From: Cyanobacteria bacterium P01_F01_bin.150
GTDB lineage: Bacteria > Cyanobacteriota > Cyanobacteriia > CAKZMO01
Direction: 5' to 3'
Length of the DNA stretch: 64,000 nucleotides
Assembly (NCBI GenBank): GCA_039189765.1
Contig: JBCCYL010000005.1
Span: forward strand, 102,800 to 166,799
Every line of letters starts with the position of its first letter. Positions within the stretch are counted from its first letter, which is position 1. The notes below the pieces were generated by a model. That model had not been told where the DNA came from, did not search any database, and was given only the letters and a program-made list of their open reading frames with translations. A program made the position numbers and the translations under genes. Below, in pieces: positions 36,013 to 46,430 of the stretch.

Positions 36013-37953
36013 TTGACCGTGGTTTCATCTCCTTTGCTGATTGCTGGTTTATGCCTTCATAGAATTGGGGGTTCGATTCTCAGGCGAACGAGTTATGCCG
36101 TTACGTCCAGCTTTATGCTAAGAATGGCTGGCCTCGGCACTGTTCTCATAACTTTGTTAGTGGGGCCAACGTCTGCGATCGCAGCAGAGCGCCTATCGCT
36201 TCGGCTTGGCTTTATCGAGCAGTCGGTTCAGGTGTCCGATTTAGAGGAGTTTGCCGTAACCGGTGTCGTCCCAACATCGTTGCAGCGCTATCGTCCACTT
36301 TTGACACCGGAGCTGCACGCTGCCCTCAATGCTTATCTTCCGTTTGACCCAGCGGTCAGTGATGATTTAATAGAGGATTTATTGCAATCGTCAACCGGGG
36401 ATCAGATTTTTGATGCGTTAGCCCTTGCGATTCCAGACAGTAGTCCCACCAAAATTGAAGCGGCCTTAACTGAGGCTAGCCAGCACCCTGAAGGTCTGAG
36501 CTTGTTGGAATTTGTCTTGGCCTACCCAGATGAAACGTTAACAATTGATGCATCGGCTGCCGTTACGCTTTTGTCTCAGCTTAATCTACCCCATTGGCAG
36601 CGAGGCGTATTGAATTCTATTCTGGAAAGGGAACTGACGGTTGCTGATGAGCTACAATCACTTGCCTTTGACCCTACTGCGGCCGGCCCAATGCAGGTGC
36701 AACGGCAAACCTTCCAGCTACGTGATGAGACTCGCGATCGCACTATTCCTGTTGATTTGTATTGGAATGAATGGTCTCAAGGGCCGCTGGTGGTCCTATC
36801 CCATGGGTTTGCAGCCGACCGGCGATTTTTGGGGTATCTGGCAGAACATTTATCTTCCCATGGCTTAACCGTTGCCGCTATTGAGCATCCCAGTAGTAAT
36901 GTAGCCTGGCTAATGGGAATGTCTTTGGGAGTAGAAGGGGGCGATACATTAAGCGATATTTTACCTATCACCGAATTTATTGATCGGCCCAAGGACATCA
37001 GCCTCCTGCTGGATCGGCTTGAGGAGTTGGGGCAGTCCTATGACGGATACAGTAATCCATTTGCCACAGAGCAAGTAACCGTAATCGGACATTCGCTGGG
37101 GGGCTATACGGCACTGACGCTAGCTGGAGCAACGTTAGATTTAGAATCGCTGCAAACATTCTGTGGTGACCATAGCGTTATGGCACTGGCTCCTGCCGAT
37201 TGGCTCCAGTGCCGAGCAGTGGACTTGGCAGATCTATCCGCAACATCACTGGAAGACGCGAGCGCTCTCAAGGACCCCCGGGTCACCCAAGTCATTGCAA
37301 TGAACCCGGTAATGGCTCGTATTTTTGGAGAATCGGGGCTGGCAAACATTACGGTGCCCATCTTAATTACGACGGCTAGCGAAGATTCGGTTACACCTGC
37401 CGTTCCCCAGCAGATTTTACCCTTTACCCGTTTCCAAAATGAAACTCGCTATTTGCTGACGGCCATTGGTGCAACCCATCTAAGTATGGGCGATCCGTCT
37501 AACTTAAATCCGGCCCTGACCGATAATATGGTGCTGCGGGAGCGGAGTTGGCAAGAAACAGAAAACATGCGTAGCTTAATGAAAGGGTTAAGTTTGGCGT
37601 TTATCAAACAGCAAACTCCGGAAGCCGATTTATATGCAGAGTTTCTGCAACCGGCCTATGCCCAGTATTGGTCCACCGATCGCATTCAGTTACGCTTAAG
37701 TCAGTCTATTCCCCTCAGCTTAGAACAGTGGCTACGCATGGTGGAGCGTCCTTTGGAGAAAGTGGTGTCTGCCGCATTGCCGAAAAAAAAGACACCGCCA
37801 GAAGAGCGATCGCTCTACACTGCTACTTTAAATTGGCTTGCGAAGGGCGTTGTGTTAATGCTGTTGATGCCACCCGCAGGATTATCGTTACGGACGGTTC
37901 GTCAACTTAATCGCCTTAAGCCCCAACGGTCCAAAATAAATAAAATTAGGTAG
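36013..37953 (+). CDS. DUF1400 + alpha/beta hydrolase (start uncertain, probably downstream)
   Basis: AAERLSLRLG..DLEEFA.TG, R.R.IPVDLY, VVLSHG, DRPKDIS.LLD, GHSLGG nucleophile elbow, GATH. Confidence 0.88.
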   Translation: MTVVSSPLLIAGLCLHRIGGSILRRTSYAVTSSFMLRMAGLGTVLITLLVGPTSAIAAERLSLRLGFIEQSVQVSDLEEFAVTGVVPTSLQRYRPLLTPELHAALNAYLPFDPAVSDDLIEDLLQSSTGDQIFDALALAIPDSSPTKIEAALTEASQHPEGLSLLEFVLAYPDETLTIDASAAVTLLSQLNLPHWQRGVLNSILERELTVADELQSLAFDPTAAGPMQVQRQTFQLRDETRDRTIPVDLYWNEWSQGPLVVLSHGFAADRRFLGYLAEHLSSHGLTVAAIEHPSSNVAWLMGMSLGVEGGDTLSDILPITEFIDRPKDISLLLDRLEELGQSYDGYSNPFATEQVTVIGHSLGGYTALTLAGATLDLESLQTFCGDHSVMALAPADWLQCRAVDLADLSATSLEDASALKDPRVTQVIAMNPVMARIFGESGLANITVPILITTASEDSVTPAVPQQILPFTRFQNETRYLLTAIGATHLSMGDPSNLNPALTDNMVLRERSWQETENMRSLMKGLSLAFIKQQTPEADLYAEFLQPAYAQYWSTDRIQLRLSQSIPLSLEQWLRMVERPLEKVVSAALPKKKTPPEERSLYTATLNWLAKGVVLMLLMPPAGLSLRTVRQLNRLKPQRSKINKIR

Positions 37954-38112
37954 TCATAGTGTATACCATGCCCATCAAACCGTTTGACTGATGGGCACAC
38001 GTTCGTTTTGCCCATCCTACGCAACATTGGTATGTTATTTTCCCGCAAGTCCCTTAATAGAAACTCACGGTTACGCTGTTGCTAGATCACCCTATCGCAC
38101 CACGCAGCATCT

Positions 38113-38619
38113 CTATGCAAATCGACGGTCGTCTACATAATCTACAGATTTTTGTGTGACTGACAATCCGTCTACCTTAGAATTAAACAACACCATCGTC
38201 GTTGTCGAATTCTCTTCAAAGCCGATGCACTTGTAAAACTCTTGCTGATGAGTCGTCATTAAATATACTCGTTCCGCATTTCGCACATGGGGATGCATTA
38301 GCACGGTTTCCACCAACTTACGGCCCAATCCTTCCCCTTGATAGGTCGGATGAATTACCACGTCCCAAATCGTAGCTCGATACACGCCATCGGATGTCGC
38401 TCTAGCAAAGCCGATAAGCTGCTCCCCGTCCCATACTGTCACCACTGGACGACTGTTGGCGATCGCCACTGCCATATCCTCCATTCGTCGATCCTTGGCC
38501 CAGAACGCACTAACTTCAAATAATCGTCGAAGCTGATACAGCTCTAAAGGACGCAGTTCTCCTGCGGTCTGAGAACCATAGGGATCATGAATCTGAAACT
38601 GGATATGACGACAATCCAT
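38113..38619 (-). CDS. GNAT acetyltransferase (Ycf52-like)
   Basis: AFWAKDR, IGFARATSDG.YRATIWDVVIHP.YQG.GLGRKLV, FY..IGF. Confidence 0.9.
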   Translation of the reverse strand: MDCRHIQFQIHDPYGSQTAGELRPLELYQLRRLFEVSAFWAKDRRMEDMAVAIANSRPVVTVWDGEQLIGFARATSDGVYRATIWDVVIHPTYQGEGLGRKLVETVLMHPHVRNAERVYLMTTHQQEFYKCIGFEENSTTTMVLFNSKVDGLSVTQKSVDYVDDRRFA

Positions 38620-38647
38620 CGGTAATAACTTCTCCAATACAAGAAAT

Positions 38648-38727
38648 GGGTTTCGTTTTAAGCCGAAACAAAACTAACGGTGGTGTAGGGACTCCGCGTC
38701 CACACCACCCGCCTAAAGTTGATACCC
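38648..38727 (+). mobile_element. 80-bp MITE-like element
   Basis: GGGTTTCG...AAAGTTGATACCC, homologous to 35342-35421; AAGAAA in both flanks. Confidence 0.75.
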
Positions 38728-38789
38728 TAAGAAAACGCTCACTGGAGTCAGCTCGCTCAGCACATTATAAAATGCAGCATTTAGCAAAA

Positions 38790-38872
38790 GGGCTTATATT
38801 TTAAGGCGAGTTTCTGGGGCGCGGAGCGCCCCAGAAACTCGTTCAATCTTTCCCGGCTTAAGTTATAAGTCG
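38790..38872 (-). mobile_element. ~83-bp MITE-like element
   Basis: Inverted homologue of 33043-33125; GCAAAA on both sides. Confidence 0.75.
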
Positions 38873-39246
38873 GCAAAAGAATCCACTTAGAAAAAAGCTC
38901 AGAGGGGTACACTTTGGGGCAAATAAGCAATATAAATGAATATAGCTTACTTGATAACCATGTCGCGCCATCATGACAGATGTTGTTACCTTCTACCCTC
39001 TAACCCTATATCGGGTATGGGCGGAGCCTCCTGGAGAGGGCAGTTGAAACCTCCTGGAGGCAAAAACTTTTTAGCCAGAGCTTTTTAGAAAAATTAAGAA
39101 AGTCAAACCCCTGAGCTGTTATCACGACCTCTCACCTGCTAAGATTCGCAATAGCACTTGTTCTTGGGGAACGTTAATGTTTGGCAATGGTTGAGTCAAG
39201 CTTGGGTCCACAGTGGGCCAGTGTCGGGAATTGTTAGGGAAAAATT

Positions 39247-39906
39247 ATGCTCACTGTTGCATTACCGAAAGGGGCGTTACTGGAAGATAGTATTCGCCTG
39301 TTTAAGGAAATCGGACTAGACTTTAGTGCGGTTTTGGACAAATCCAATCGTCAATTGGAAATTTGGGATCCAACTCACACTGCCAGAGCGTTGCTCGTTC
39401 GCAATGGCGACGTTCCCGTATATGTGGAGTACGGTCAGGCCCATCTGGGAATTGTTGGCTATGATGTACTGCGGGAAAAGAAGCCTAAAGTAGCCCATTT
39501 GGCAGACCTTAATTTTGGCTACTGCCGGATGTCTGTTGCGGTCAAAAAAGACAGTGCCTATCGATCTGTTTTTGACTTTCCGCCCCACTCTCGGATTGCG
39601 ACCAAATTTGTCAATTGCGCCCGTGAGTATTTTCAGAGTATTGATTTACCCGTGGAAATTGTACCGCTCTATGGTTCGGTAGAACTAGGGCCAATTACTG
39701 GCATGGCAGAAGCCATCGTTGATTTAGTGGCCACTGGGCGGACTCTAAAGGAAAATAATCTAGTGGAAATTGAAGAGCTATTTGATACCACTGCTCGACT
39801 GATTGCTAATTCCTTGGGCTATCGTCTCAATTTACATGGAATGCGGGACTATATTGACCAAATGAAAAACAATGTGTCCAGTGAGCGATCGCTTGTCCGA
39901 AAATAG
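39247..39906 (+). CDS. hisG: ATP phosphoribosyltransferase (short form)
   Basis: [43 protein letters not shown]....[15 protein letters not shown]. Confidence 0.97.
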   Translation: MLTVALPKGALLEDSIRLFKEIGLDFSAVLDKSNRQLEIWDPTHTARALLVRNGDVPVYVEYGQAHLGIVGYDVLREKKPKVAHLADLNFGYCRMSVAVKKDSAYRSVFDFPPHSRIATKFVNCAREYFQSIDLPVEIVPLYGSVELGPITGMAEAIVDLVATGRTLKENNLVEIEELFDTTARLIANSLGYRLNLHGMRDYIDQMKNNVSSERSLVRK

Positions 39907-39957
39907 CCACTACAACGATCGTTTCCGCGACTATAAGTTTTGCGAGTTGCCGACGCT

Positions 39958-41589
39958 ATGAACGTCCTTTTTATTCCCCTTGATGAACGTCCTTGCAATC
40001 GCATTTATCCCCAGCAGTTAGCGGCGCTTCGCGATGAAACGACGTTAATCGTCGCGCCAAATAATCTTCTGGGCCAGAAAAAACAATCAGCCGATGTGGA
40101 TAAACTATGGGGCTGGATTTATTCCCAGGTTGGCTGCTGTAATGGGGCGATTATCTCACTTGAAATGCTGGTGTATGGCGGATTGCTACCTTCTCGCCTG
40201 CATCAGCATTCGATCTCAGTTCTAAGCGATCGCCTCAATCGCATTCGTCAACTAAAGCTGGACCATCCCCAGCTTATTTTGTTTGCCAGCAATTTAATTA
40301 TGCGCACTCCCGACTATGACAGTAGTGAAGAGGAGCCAGATTATTATGCAGACTGGGGTAAAGCTATTTTCCGTTGGGGATGGCTTTACGATAAACAGCA
40401 GCGAGATGGCCTAACTGAGTTAGAAACGGTTGAATTTGATCAGCTACGCCAAACCCTGCCGTTCGATCACTTAAATGACTATCGCGATCGCCGCTCTAAA
40501 AATCTGGCGGTCAATCAAGGCGCAATCGCCCTAGTTCAAGACGGCACCATTGATTTCCTGTCGATTCCCCAGGATGACTCCGCCCGCTACGGTTTTACAG
40601 CCCTGGATCAAAAACAGGTAGTGAGCCAAATTATTGATGCTCGACTCCAGCAACGCATCCACTTTTATCCTGGAGCCGATGAGGTGGGCTGTACGCTTCT
40701 GGCGAGGATGGCTCTGACCCCAGCCCAGAGTTCCCCAGAGAACACCCCACCCCAGCCCTCCCCTTATCAAGGGGAGGGGGCCGGACCTCCAGTCTCCCCC
40801 TACGTTCTACGAACAGGCTTCGCCAAAACCAAGGGGGGACTAAGGGGGGTAAACTTCTATATTTTTTACAGCTCTGTTAACTCAGAGTCGATTATTCCCC
40901 TCTACGAAGATCGACCCTTGGGAGAAAGCGTCAAATCCCATGTACTGGCTGCTGGCGCTAATTGGGTGTGGGAGCCTCAACAGGCCGACGTGATTTTGGC
41001 GATTAATACCCCCGGTAAGATGATGCAGGAAGCCTGGGACCAGCCCAGAAAGGATATTACCTACAGCACCTATCGCAATCTACGCTTTTTTGTTTATCAA
41101 ATCGGTCAGTTTCTGGCCGCAGGCAAGCCCGTGGCGATCGCCGATGTGGCCTTTGCCAATGGCGGTGAGACCGAGCTGGTACAGATGCTGGATGATGCTC
41201 AGCTTTGGGACGATATTTTAGCCTATGCGGGGTGGAATACCTGCTGTAATACGTTGGGAACGGCGATCGCGTCTGCCAGTCTTGGCTTTAATTCCACCAA
41301 GATTGGCGTGATTCAACACAATAAAATCTATCGATTACTGGAAGACTGGGCTTACCAATCCGTTGCTCGGATGGATATTGCCAATCAGTATTTGCCCTCC
41401 GTTGGCGCATCTTACTATGACTTTAATGATCAAGAAGCCCTGGTATTGCAAACGATTGAGCAACAACTATTGCATCTGTGGGACCAAATGATGCAGCAGT
41501 CATTTCAAAATGTGGCGTGGCAAATCAAAGTGCTTTCCCCATGGCAGCGAATGTTTGAAGTGGAGATAGAGCTTAATATCACGTCGTAA
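39958..41589 (+). CDS. DUF4127 family protein with in-frame repeat insertion
   Basis: IPLDERPCN, MLVYGGLLPSR, IMR.P, QDDS, YPGADEVG, ADVAFANG, YAGWNT..NTLGTAIA, EDWAYQ. Confidence 0.85.
   Translation: MNVLFIPLDERPCNRIYPQQLAALRDETTLIVAPNNLLGQKKQSADVDKLWGWIYSQVGCCNGAIISLEMLVYGGLLPSRLHQHSISVLSDRLNRIRQLKLDHPQLILFASNLIMRTPDYDSSEEEPDYYADWGKAIFRWGWLYDKQQRDGLTELETVEFDQLRQTLPFDHLNDYRDRRSKNLAVNQGAIALVQDGTIDFLSIPQDDSARYGFTALDQKQVVSQIIDARLQQRIHFYPGADEVGCTLLARMALTPAQSSPENTPPQPSPYQGEGAGPPVSPYVLRTGFAKTKGGLRGVNFYIFYSSVNSESIIPLYEDRPLGESVKSHVLAAGANWVWEPQQADVILAINTPGKMMQEAWDQPRKDITYSTYRNLRFFVYQIGQFLAAGKPVAIADVAFANGGETELVQMLDDAQLWDDILAYAGWNTCCNTLGTAIASASLGFNSTKIGVIQHNKIYRLLEDWAYQSVARMDIANQYLPSVGASYYDFNDQEALVLQTIEQQLLHLWDQMMQQSFQNVAWQIKVLSPWQRMFEVEIELNITS
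40744..40850. repeat. Palindromic dispersed repeat embedded in the DUF4127 CDS
   Basis: ACCCCACCCCAGCCCTCCCCTT-ATC-AAGGGGAGGG...GGGGGGACTAAGGGGGGT; related to intergenic hairpins at 6232 and 54287. Confidence 0.75.
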
Positions 41590-41738
41590 TTGTTGATTCG
41601 ATGATTTTTGCCTGGTATCCAGTTTACGTAGGATGAGCAAAACGAAGTGTGCCCATCTATGCCTATCACGCCATTACTCCATCTATGCCTTCAGGATGGG
41701 CACGTCCTTGCGTCCTTTGCCCATTTTACGTGCAACTA

Positions 41739-42503
41739 TCAGGCCATGCTCTGCATCAGCAGTTCTTCAGACATATCGAAGTTAGCCGTTACATTTTGAA
41801 CATCATCCAGATCTTCCAGGGCATCCATTAGCTTAAGAAGCGATCGCGCCTGATCGACGTCAGTAATTTGAAGCGTGTTGGTGGGAATCCAGCGCAGTTC
41901 TGTGTCGCTGATGGTGTAACCCGCCGCCTGCATGCCTTGGTTAAGGGGTTCAAGATTTTCCACTCCAGCAAAGACTTCAGCTCCGTCTGTGCTATCCACC
42001 TCAGTTAGTTCATAGCTATCGGCCCCTGCTTCCAGAGACGCTTCAAAAAGAGCTTCCTCTTCCAACGGACCTAAGAGAGTGACCACACCCTTTTGTTCGA
42101 ACATCCAGCTTACACAGCCCTTTTCCCCTAGGTTTCCCCCATTTTTGGTAAACGCAGAACGTAAATCTGCGGCGGTGCGGTTGCGATTATCCGTCAGGGC
42201 TTCAACCAAAACCGCGACTCCTCCGGGACCATAGCCTTCATAGCGAATGGACTCTAGCTGATTGCCGGAGCTGAGGGTTCCGGCACCTTTGGCGATCGCC
42301 CGCTCAATATTATCGTTAGGAATTCCTGCTGCCTTAGCTTTTTCAATGGCGGTTCTTAGCTGAAAATTGCCTGCGGGGTCTGCAACTCCACTACGGGCCG
42401 CCACAATAATCTGACGAGAGATTTTGGCAAATACCTTGGCCCTGGCAGAATCGACCCGTGCCTTTTGCCGTTTAATATTGGCCCATTTACTATGTCCTGC
42501 CAT
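41739..42503 (-). CDS. yebC: YebC/PmpR family protein
   Basis: MAGHSKWANIK, YEGYGPGGVA..VE.LTDNRNRT, LEDLDDVQNV. Confidence 0.95.
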   Translation of the reverse strand: MAGHSKWANIKRQKARVDSARAKVFAKISRQIIVAARSGVADPAGNFQLRTAIEKAKAAGIPNDNIERAIAKGAGTLSSGNQLESIRYEGYGPGGVAVLVEALTDNRNRTAADLRSAFTKNGGNLGEKGCVSWMFEQKGVVTLLGPLEEEALFEASLEAGADSYELTEVDSTDGAEVFAGVENLEPLNQGMQAAGYTISDTELRWIPTNTLQITDVDQARSLLKLMDALEDLDDVQNVTANFDMSEELLMQSMA

Positions 42504-42543
42504 ATTTTCCGATCACTTAGTCCAAACTGACATTCACTTTACT

Positions 42544-42629
42544 GGTTTCGAGTTCCAACTCTAGGCGAAACAAATTTGTGAGAAATTGAGGCACGTTGCG
42601 CCCCAATTTCCCGCCTTAAGTTGATCCCC
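42544..42629 (+). mobile_element. Degenerate copy of the 80-bp element
   Basis: GGTTTCG...GGCGAAACAAA...CCCGCCTTAAGTTGATCCCC. Confidence 0.6.
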
Positions 42630-42829
42630 CTTGTTTCGCTAGGCTAACAAACCTTACAGGGGATTTCATTCCTTCTACAGATGAGTGAACTGCAAAACAA
42701 GTCCATCCACTGTACTCCATTCGGACGGGCGATCGCATTGTCTAGCGACAATTTGTAGACTTCATGAGGTTCGGGAACCAGTCCCATATGGATGCTGTAA
42801 AATACCTTCAATATCACGAGCTAAAACCT

Positions 42830-43405
42830 ATGGGAAAGCGAAAAGGTCGTAAAGCAAAGTGGATTAAGGAAACGCTGGAGCTTGATAAAAATCATGGCTG
42901 GCGTTCCAGGGACGGCTACAGCGTCTTTGTGGCGGGAAGGGGCGCAGTACGGATGGATGTACCCAGCGGCTGGAAGATGGATTTTGATGAGAAGTCGGTT
43001 AAGTTTACCGACGGGGAGCCACCGGACGATAACTGTCGCTTAGAGATGTCCTATAAGCATATTCCCATGGTCGATGTGCGCGATTTTCCCCTAAAGGGGA
43101 TTCTAAAGAAAATAATGCGTGAAGACAAGCGTGGCATTATCGAGGTCGGAGATGTTGTTAAGCTTCCGCGACAGACCGCTCATATCGTTTGGGGGGAGCT
43201 AAAGTTTTTAGATAGTGAAGAGAACCGGGACGCCTATTCTCGAATTTGTGTGGCCCTTGGTTCCGGTATTCAATGCCTGGTAACCTTTGACTACTGGGTC
43301 GATGATGTGGAGAAAATGCTTCCCGTTTGGGATGTGGTGCTAGATTCGCTAACCTTGGGCATGTACATTCGCGATCCACGCACTGGTTTTGCGATGCCTG
43401 ACTAA
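42830..43405 (+). CDS. Conserved hypothetical protein
   Basis: Globular-looking 191-aa frame from MGKRK; no family recognised with certainty. Confidence 0.7.
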   Translation: MGKRKGRKAKWIKETLELDKNHGWRSRDGYSVFVAGRGAVRMDVPSGWKMDFDEKSVKFTDGEPPDDNCRLEMSYKHIPMVDVRDFPLKGILKKIMREDKRGIIEVGDVVKLPRQTAHIVWGELKFLDSEENRDAYSRICVALGSGIQCLVTFDYWVDDVEKMLPVWDVVLDSLTLGMYIRDPRTGFAMPD

Positions 43406-43406
43406 G

Positions 43407-43542
43407 GACCCGATCCTGGGGTTTTGTATAAAGTGTATCGCCTAGCATTAACGATCAGGCAAGAACCCGGGAGACCAGATCCCGGGGTTCTCTATAAAGT
43501 GTCTTGCCCAGCATGAACGATTAGATAAGAACCCCGGGATCT
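43407..43542. repeat. Two tandem long-form GATCCC(A/G)GGGTTCT palindromic elements, overlapping the 3' end of the acetyltransferase gene
   Basis: GATCC.GGGGTT...TATAAAGTGT...CC.AGCAT.AACGAT.AG..AAGAACCC.GG twice; the last arm encodes the terminal TDPGVL. Confidence 0.8.
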
Positions 43543-44153
43543 GTAAGCACTCGCTCTTTAACCGCTTGGGCTGGGTTGCCGGCATAAATAGTCATAGGTT
43601 GGAGCGATCGCGTTGCCACACTCCCCAGGGTCAAAATCGCTCCCTCTCCTACAGTAACGCTGGGACCAACAACCGATTTGGCTCCCAACCAACTACCCGA
43701 CTGAATATGAATCTCTCCCAAACGCAGGTCAAACGTCGGCAAGCTCCAGTCATGGTTCCCGGTGCAGAGATAGACTCCTTGGGACAGGCAAACATTATCG
43801 CCAATGGTGATGGGTCCTACATTATCGATCCAGGCACTTTCACCAAGCCAGCAGTGATCTCCAATCGTTAGTTTCCAGGGAAATTTAATCCGTACCCCTG
43901 GCTTAATGCGTACTCCCGTGCCTACAGTGGCACCAAATGCTTTTAGAAGCCAGATTTTTAAGCTAGAGAAGGGCATCAGCCTACTTTTCACTAGTGGAAA
44001 GCCAAGGTAATACCATAACAGTTGCTTCCAGAGTGCTGCCCCTGGGCTGTAGTTGGTTGGCAACGCGTATTCTTTTAAGCTGACTGACTGATTTAGGGCA
44101 ATACGCTGCGCCTCGGAGGGTGACTGAGGGGTGGGAGGTTGTACTTGAGTCAT
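43521..44153 (-). CDS. WcaF/HpsU-like polysaccharide O-acetyltransferase (hexapeptide repeat)
   Basis: LLKAFGA.VG.GVRIKP.VRIKFPWKL.IGDHCWLGE, SQGVYLCTGNHDW, YAGNPA. Confidence 0.9.
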   Translation of the reverse strand: MTQVQPPTPQSPSEAQRIALNQSVSLKEYALPTNYSPGAALWKQLLWYYLGFPLVKSRLMPFSSLKIWLLKAFGATVGTGVRIKPGVRIKFPWKLTIGDHCWLGESAWIDNVGPITIGDNVCLSQGVYLCTGNHDWSLPTFDLRLGEIHIQSGSWLGAKSVVGPSVTVGEGAILTLGSVATRSLQPMTIYAGNPAQAVKERVLTDPGVLI

Positions 44154-44208
44154 AAAGGAATATTCCGCTAATATTGGGTATATATGTTTTTGTGGCAACC
44201 ACACAGCT

Positions 44209-44862
44209 ATGACCTGCGCATCCTTGCAACCATCAGTCTCTCAGCCACAACAAAGTCAGCGAGTTGTGCTGAACGATATAAGCTGGACAACTTATCGGTC
44301 TCTGTGTAGAGATCTAGGGACCCATCGGTTATCTCGACTGGCTTATGATCGGGGAGTATTGGAAATCGTTATGCCATCAGAACTACACGAAGTGATTAAT
44401 CGGCTGTTGGCGCTGATTGTGACGATGTTGACAGATGAGCTGGATTTAAAGATTAAGGGGTATGGTTCCACAACCCTGGATCGGGAGGATCTAGAACGGG
44501 GGGTTGAACCGGATTCCTGCTTCTATATTCAAAATGTCGATCGCATTTTGGGACGACAATTAGATATTTCAGTAGACCCGCCACCGGATTTAGCGATTGA
44601 GGTCGATATTACCAGCTCATCCCAACGGCGTTTTGGCATTTATCGTCAGCTCCAGGTGCCGGAAATTTGGCGATATACCCAAACGTCTGGAGTGATCATC
44701 TATAAGTTCCAGGATGGAGAATACGTTAAGTGTGAGTTTAGTCCAACCTTTCCAATGATTTCGGGTGACGTGCTGATGAAGTCCCTGGAGAAGTCTAAGA
44801 CCGAGGACGATAATGCAATAATACGAGCGCTTCGCCAGTGGATCAGGAAACAAGTCGATTAA
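44209..44862 (+). CDS. Uma2 family putative endonuclease
   Basis: ISWTTY, RLAYDRG.LEIVMP...HE, GSTT, GVEPDSCFY, PPDLAIEVDITS, VPEIWRY. Confidence 0.92.
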   Translation: MTCASLQPSVSQPQQSQRVVLNDISWTTYRSLCRDLGTHRLSRLAYDRGVLEIVMPSELHEVINRLLALIVTMLTDELDLKIKGYGSTTLDREDLERGVEPDSCFYIQNVDRILGRQLDISVDPPPDLAIEVDITSSSQRRFGIYRQLQVPEIWRYTQTSGVIIYKFQDGEYVKCEFSPTFPMISGDVLMKSLEKSKTEDDNAIIRALRQWIRKQVD

Positions 44863-44934
44863 AAATCAATAGAACACTAGTTTTATGGTTCGTTATTTTG
44901 TACTATATTAGTATTGCTATCTGCGGAGAGCGCT

Positions 44935-45726
44935 ATGACTTCTGTACTGCTTTCGAATCAGTCTGATTCAACTCAGCAAAAATCCATTTCGGCAGACCAG
45001 ACTTCCTCAAACCAGGCAGAGGAGATTTCTTATCCCAGTGAGGATGGTGAACCTGTGGCCGAAACCTATGACCCTCTTTACGCTATGCTAACGACGCTGG
45101 AGGTGTTAAAGCAGTTTTTAGTAGGCGAAGAGGCCACCGTATTAGCCAATCAATTTCTCTATTATTCCAAAGGCTTTCCTTCTCTGCGAGTAGCTCCTGA
45201 TGTCATGGTGATTTTTAAGGTTGAGCCAGGCGGACGGGATAACTACAAAATTTGGGAAGAAGGGGAAGTGCCGTCCGTTATTTTTGAATTTACCTCCAAT
45301 GGCACTCAGGATAGAGATAAGGTTTTCAAGAAAACACTCTATGCTCAGCTTGGTGTTCAAGAATACTGGATGTTTGACCCCAGAGGCGAATGGATTAAAT
45401 CCAAGCTTGAAGGCTATCGTCTCAACGGCGAAGAATATAAAAAAATTGACGATCAATGCAGTGAACCATTGGGCCTACGTTTAGAAGTTGAAGAAACCAT
45501 CATTGGTTTCTATCGCCAGGACACTGGTGAAAAGCTGTTGGTTCCTGATGAAATGCGCCTTGCACTTCAAGAAGCAATTCAGGCCCGTGTAGAAGCCCAA
45601 ACTCAATTTGAGCAAGAGAAACAGCGAGCTGATAGCGCACAAAAGGCCTTGGAGTCAGAGCGCCAAAAAGCTGCTCAGTTAGCAGAGAAGTTACGAGAGC
45701 TGGGTATCGACCCGGATACGGTTTGA
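44935..45726 (+). CDS. Uma2 family putative endonuclease
   Basis: YPSEDGEPVAE, VAPDVMV, YKIWEEG.VPSVIFE.TS..T...D...KK.LY..LGV.EYW.FDP; coiled-coil tail. Confidence 0.92.
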   Translation: MTSVLLSNQSDSTQQKSISADQTSSNQAEEISYPSEDGEPVAETYDPLYAMLTTLEVLKQFLVGEEATVLANQFLYYSKGFPSLRVAPDVMVIFKVEPGGRDNYKIWEEGEVPSVIFEFTSNGTQDRDKVFKKTLYAQLGVQEYWMFDPRGEWIKSKLEGYRLNGEEYKKIDDQCSEPLGLRLEVEETIIGFYRQDTGEKLLVPDEMRLALQEAIQARVEAQTQFEQEKQRADSAQKALESERQKAAQLAEKLRELGIDPDTV

Positions 45727-45766
45727 TAATAGGCCATTCGCTTGTGCGATTGCCCCCAGCACTAGC

Positions 45767-46345
45767 CTAAGTGCGTAACTGTGGATGCAAACTTGCTCCG
45801 GTATGACCTGTGGCTATCCAGAGTAGCGATCGCCCCACGTCCCTCGCCACTCGAATCAACGATTCATCGGGCTGATCGGAGGGAATGGCTACTGGGGTGA
45901 AGGCAATACCCTGGCTCCCGAGGACAAAGAAGGCAATAGCTTGCGATCGCCGCATATGAAAATCAGAGGTAATCATATACACATGGTTAATATTTCGCGC
46001 TCTGAATTCATGCACCAGTGAGGTGAAGTTGGTGACGGTATCAATGGCACGGCGATCGAGATATACGCGGTGATCATCGATGCCAGCAGCCCGGAAGATT
46101 TCTTGTGCCTCGTGATTGGGGCTACCTGTAGAGACCCAAATGTTCATCTCTGGGTAGAGTTGAGCGAATTGGGCCGTAAAGGTTTCACGGACAATGCCCC
46201 CACCCAGGGTCAGTATGGTATCGGGGGTAGGGTGAAGCAGATGGGCAAGCGTTAGGCGAACTGGGATGAACGAAAGTAAGACGAGGAAGATGGTGATGGT
46301 AAAAACAACCCACATTTTTCGATAGCGTTTTAAACGGTAGAGCAT
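45767..46345 (-). CDS. YdcF/DUF218 family protein
   Basis: N-terminal TM; ILTLGG...RE, A.DTVTNFT, ITSDFHMRRS. Confidence 0.85.
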   Translation of the reverse strand: MLYRLKRYRKMWVVFTITIFLVLLSFIPVRLTLAHLLHPTPDTILTLGGGIVRETFTAQFAQLYPEMNIWVSTGSPNHEAQEIFRAAGIDDHRVYLDRRAIDTVTNFTSLVHEFRARNINHVYMITSDFHMRRSQAIAFFVLGSQGIAFTPVAIPSDQPDESLIRVARDVGRSLLWIATGHTGASLHPQLRT

Positions 46346-46430
46346 CGTCTTACAATTATTAACGATTTTCAGGATTCCGTTCTAGTCTATCGACTGTGGG
46401 CTCTAGATGCCCAATTTTAGGGAGACTGTC

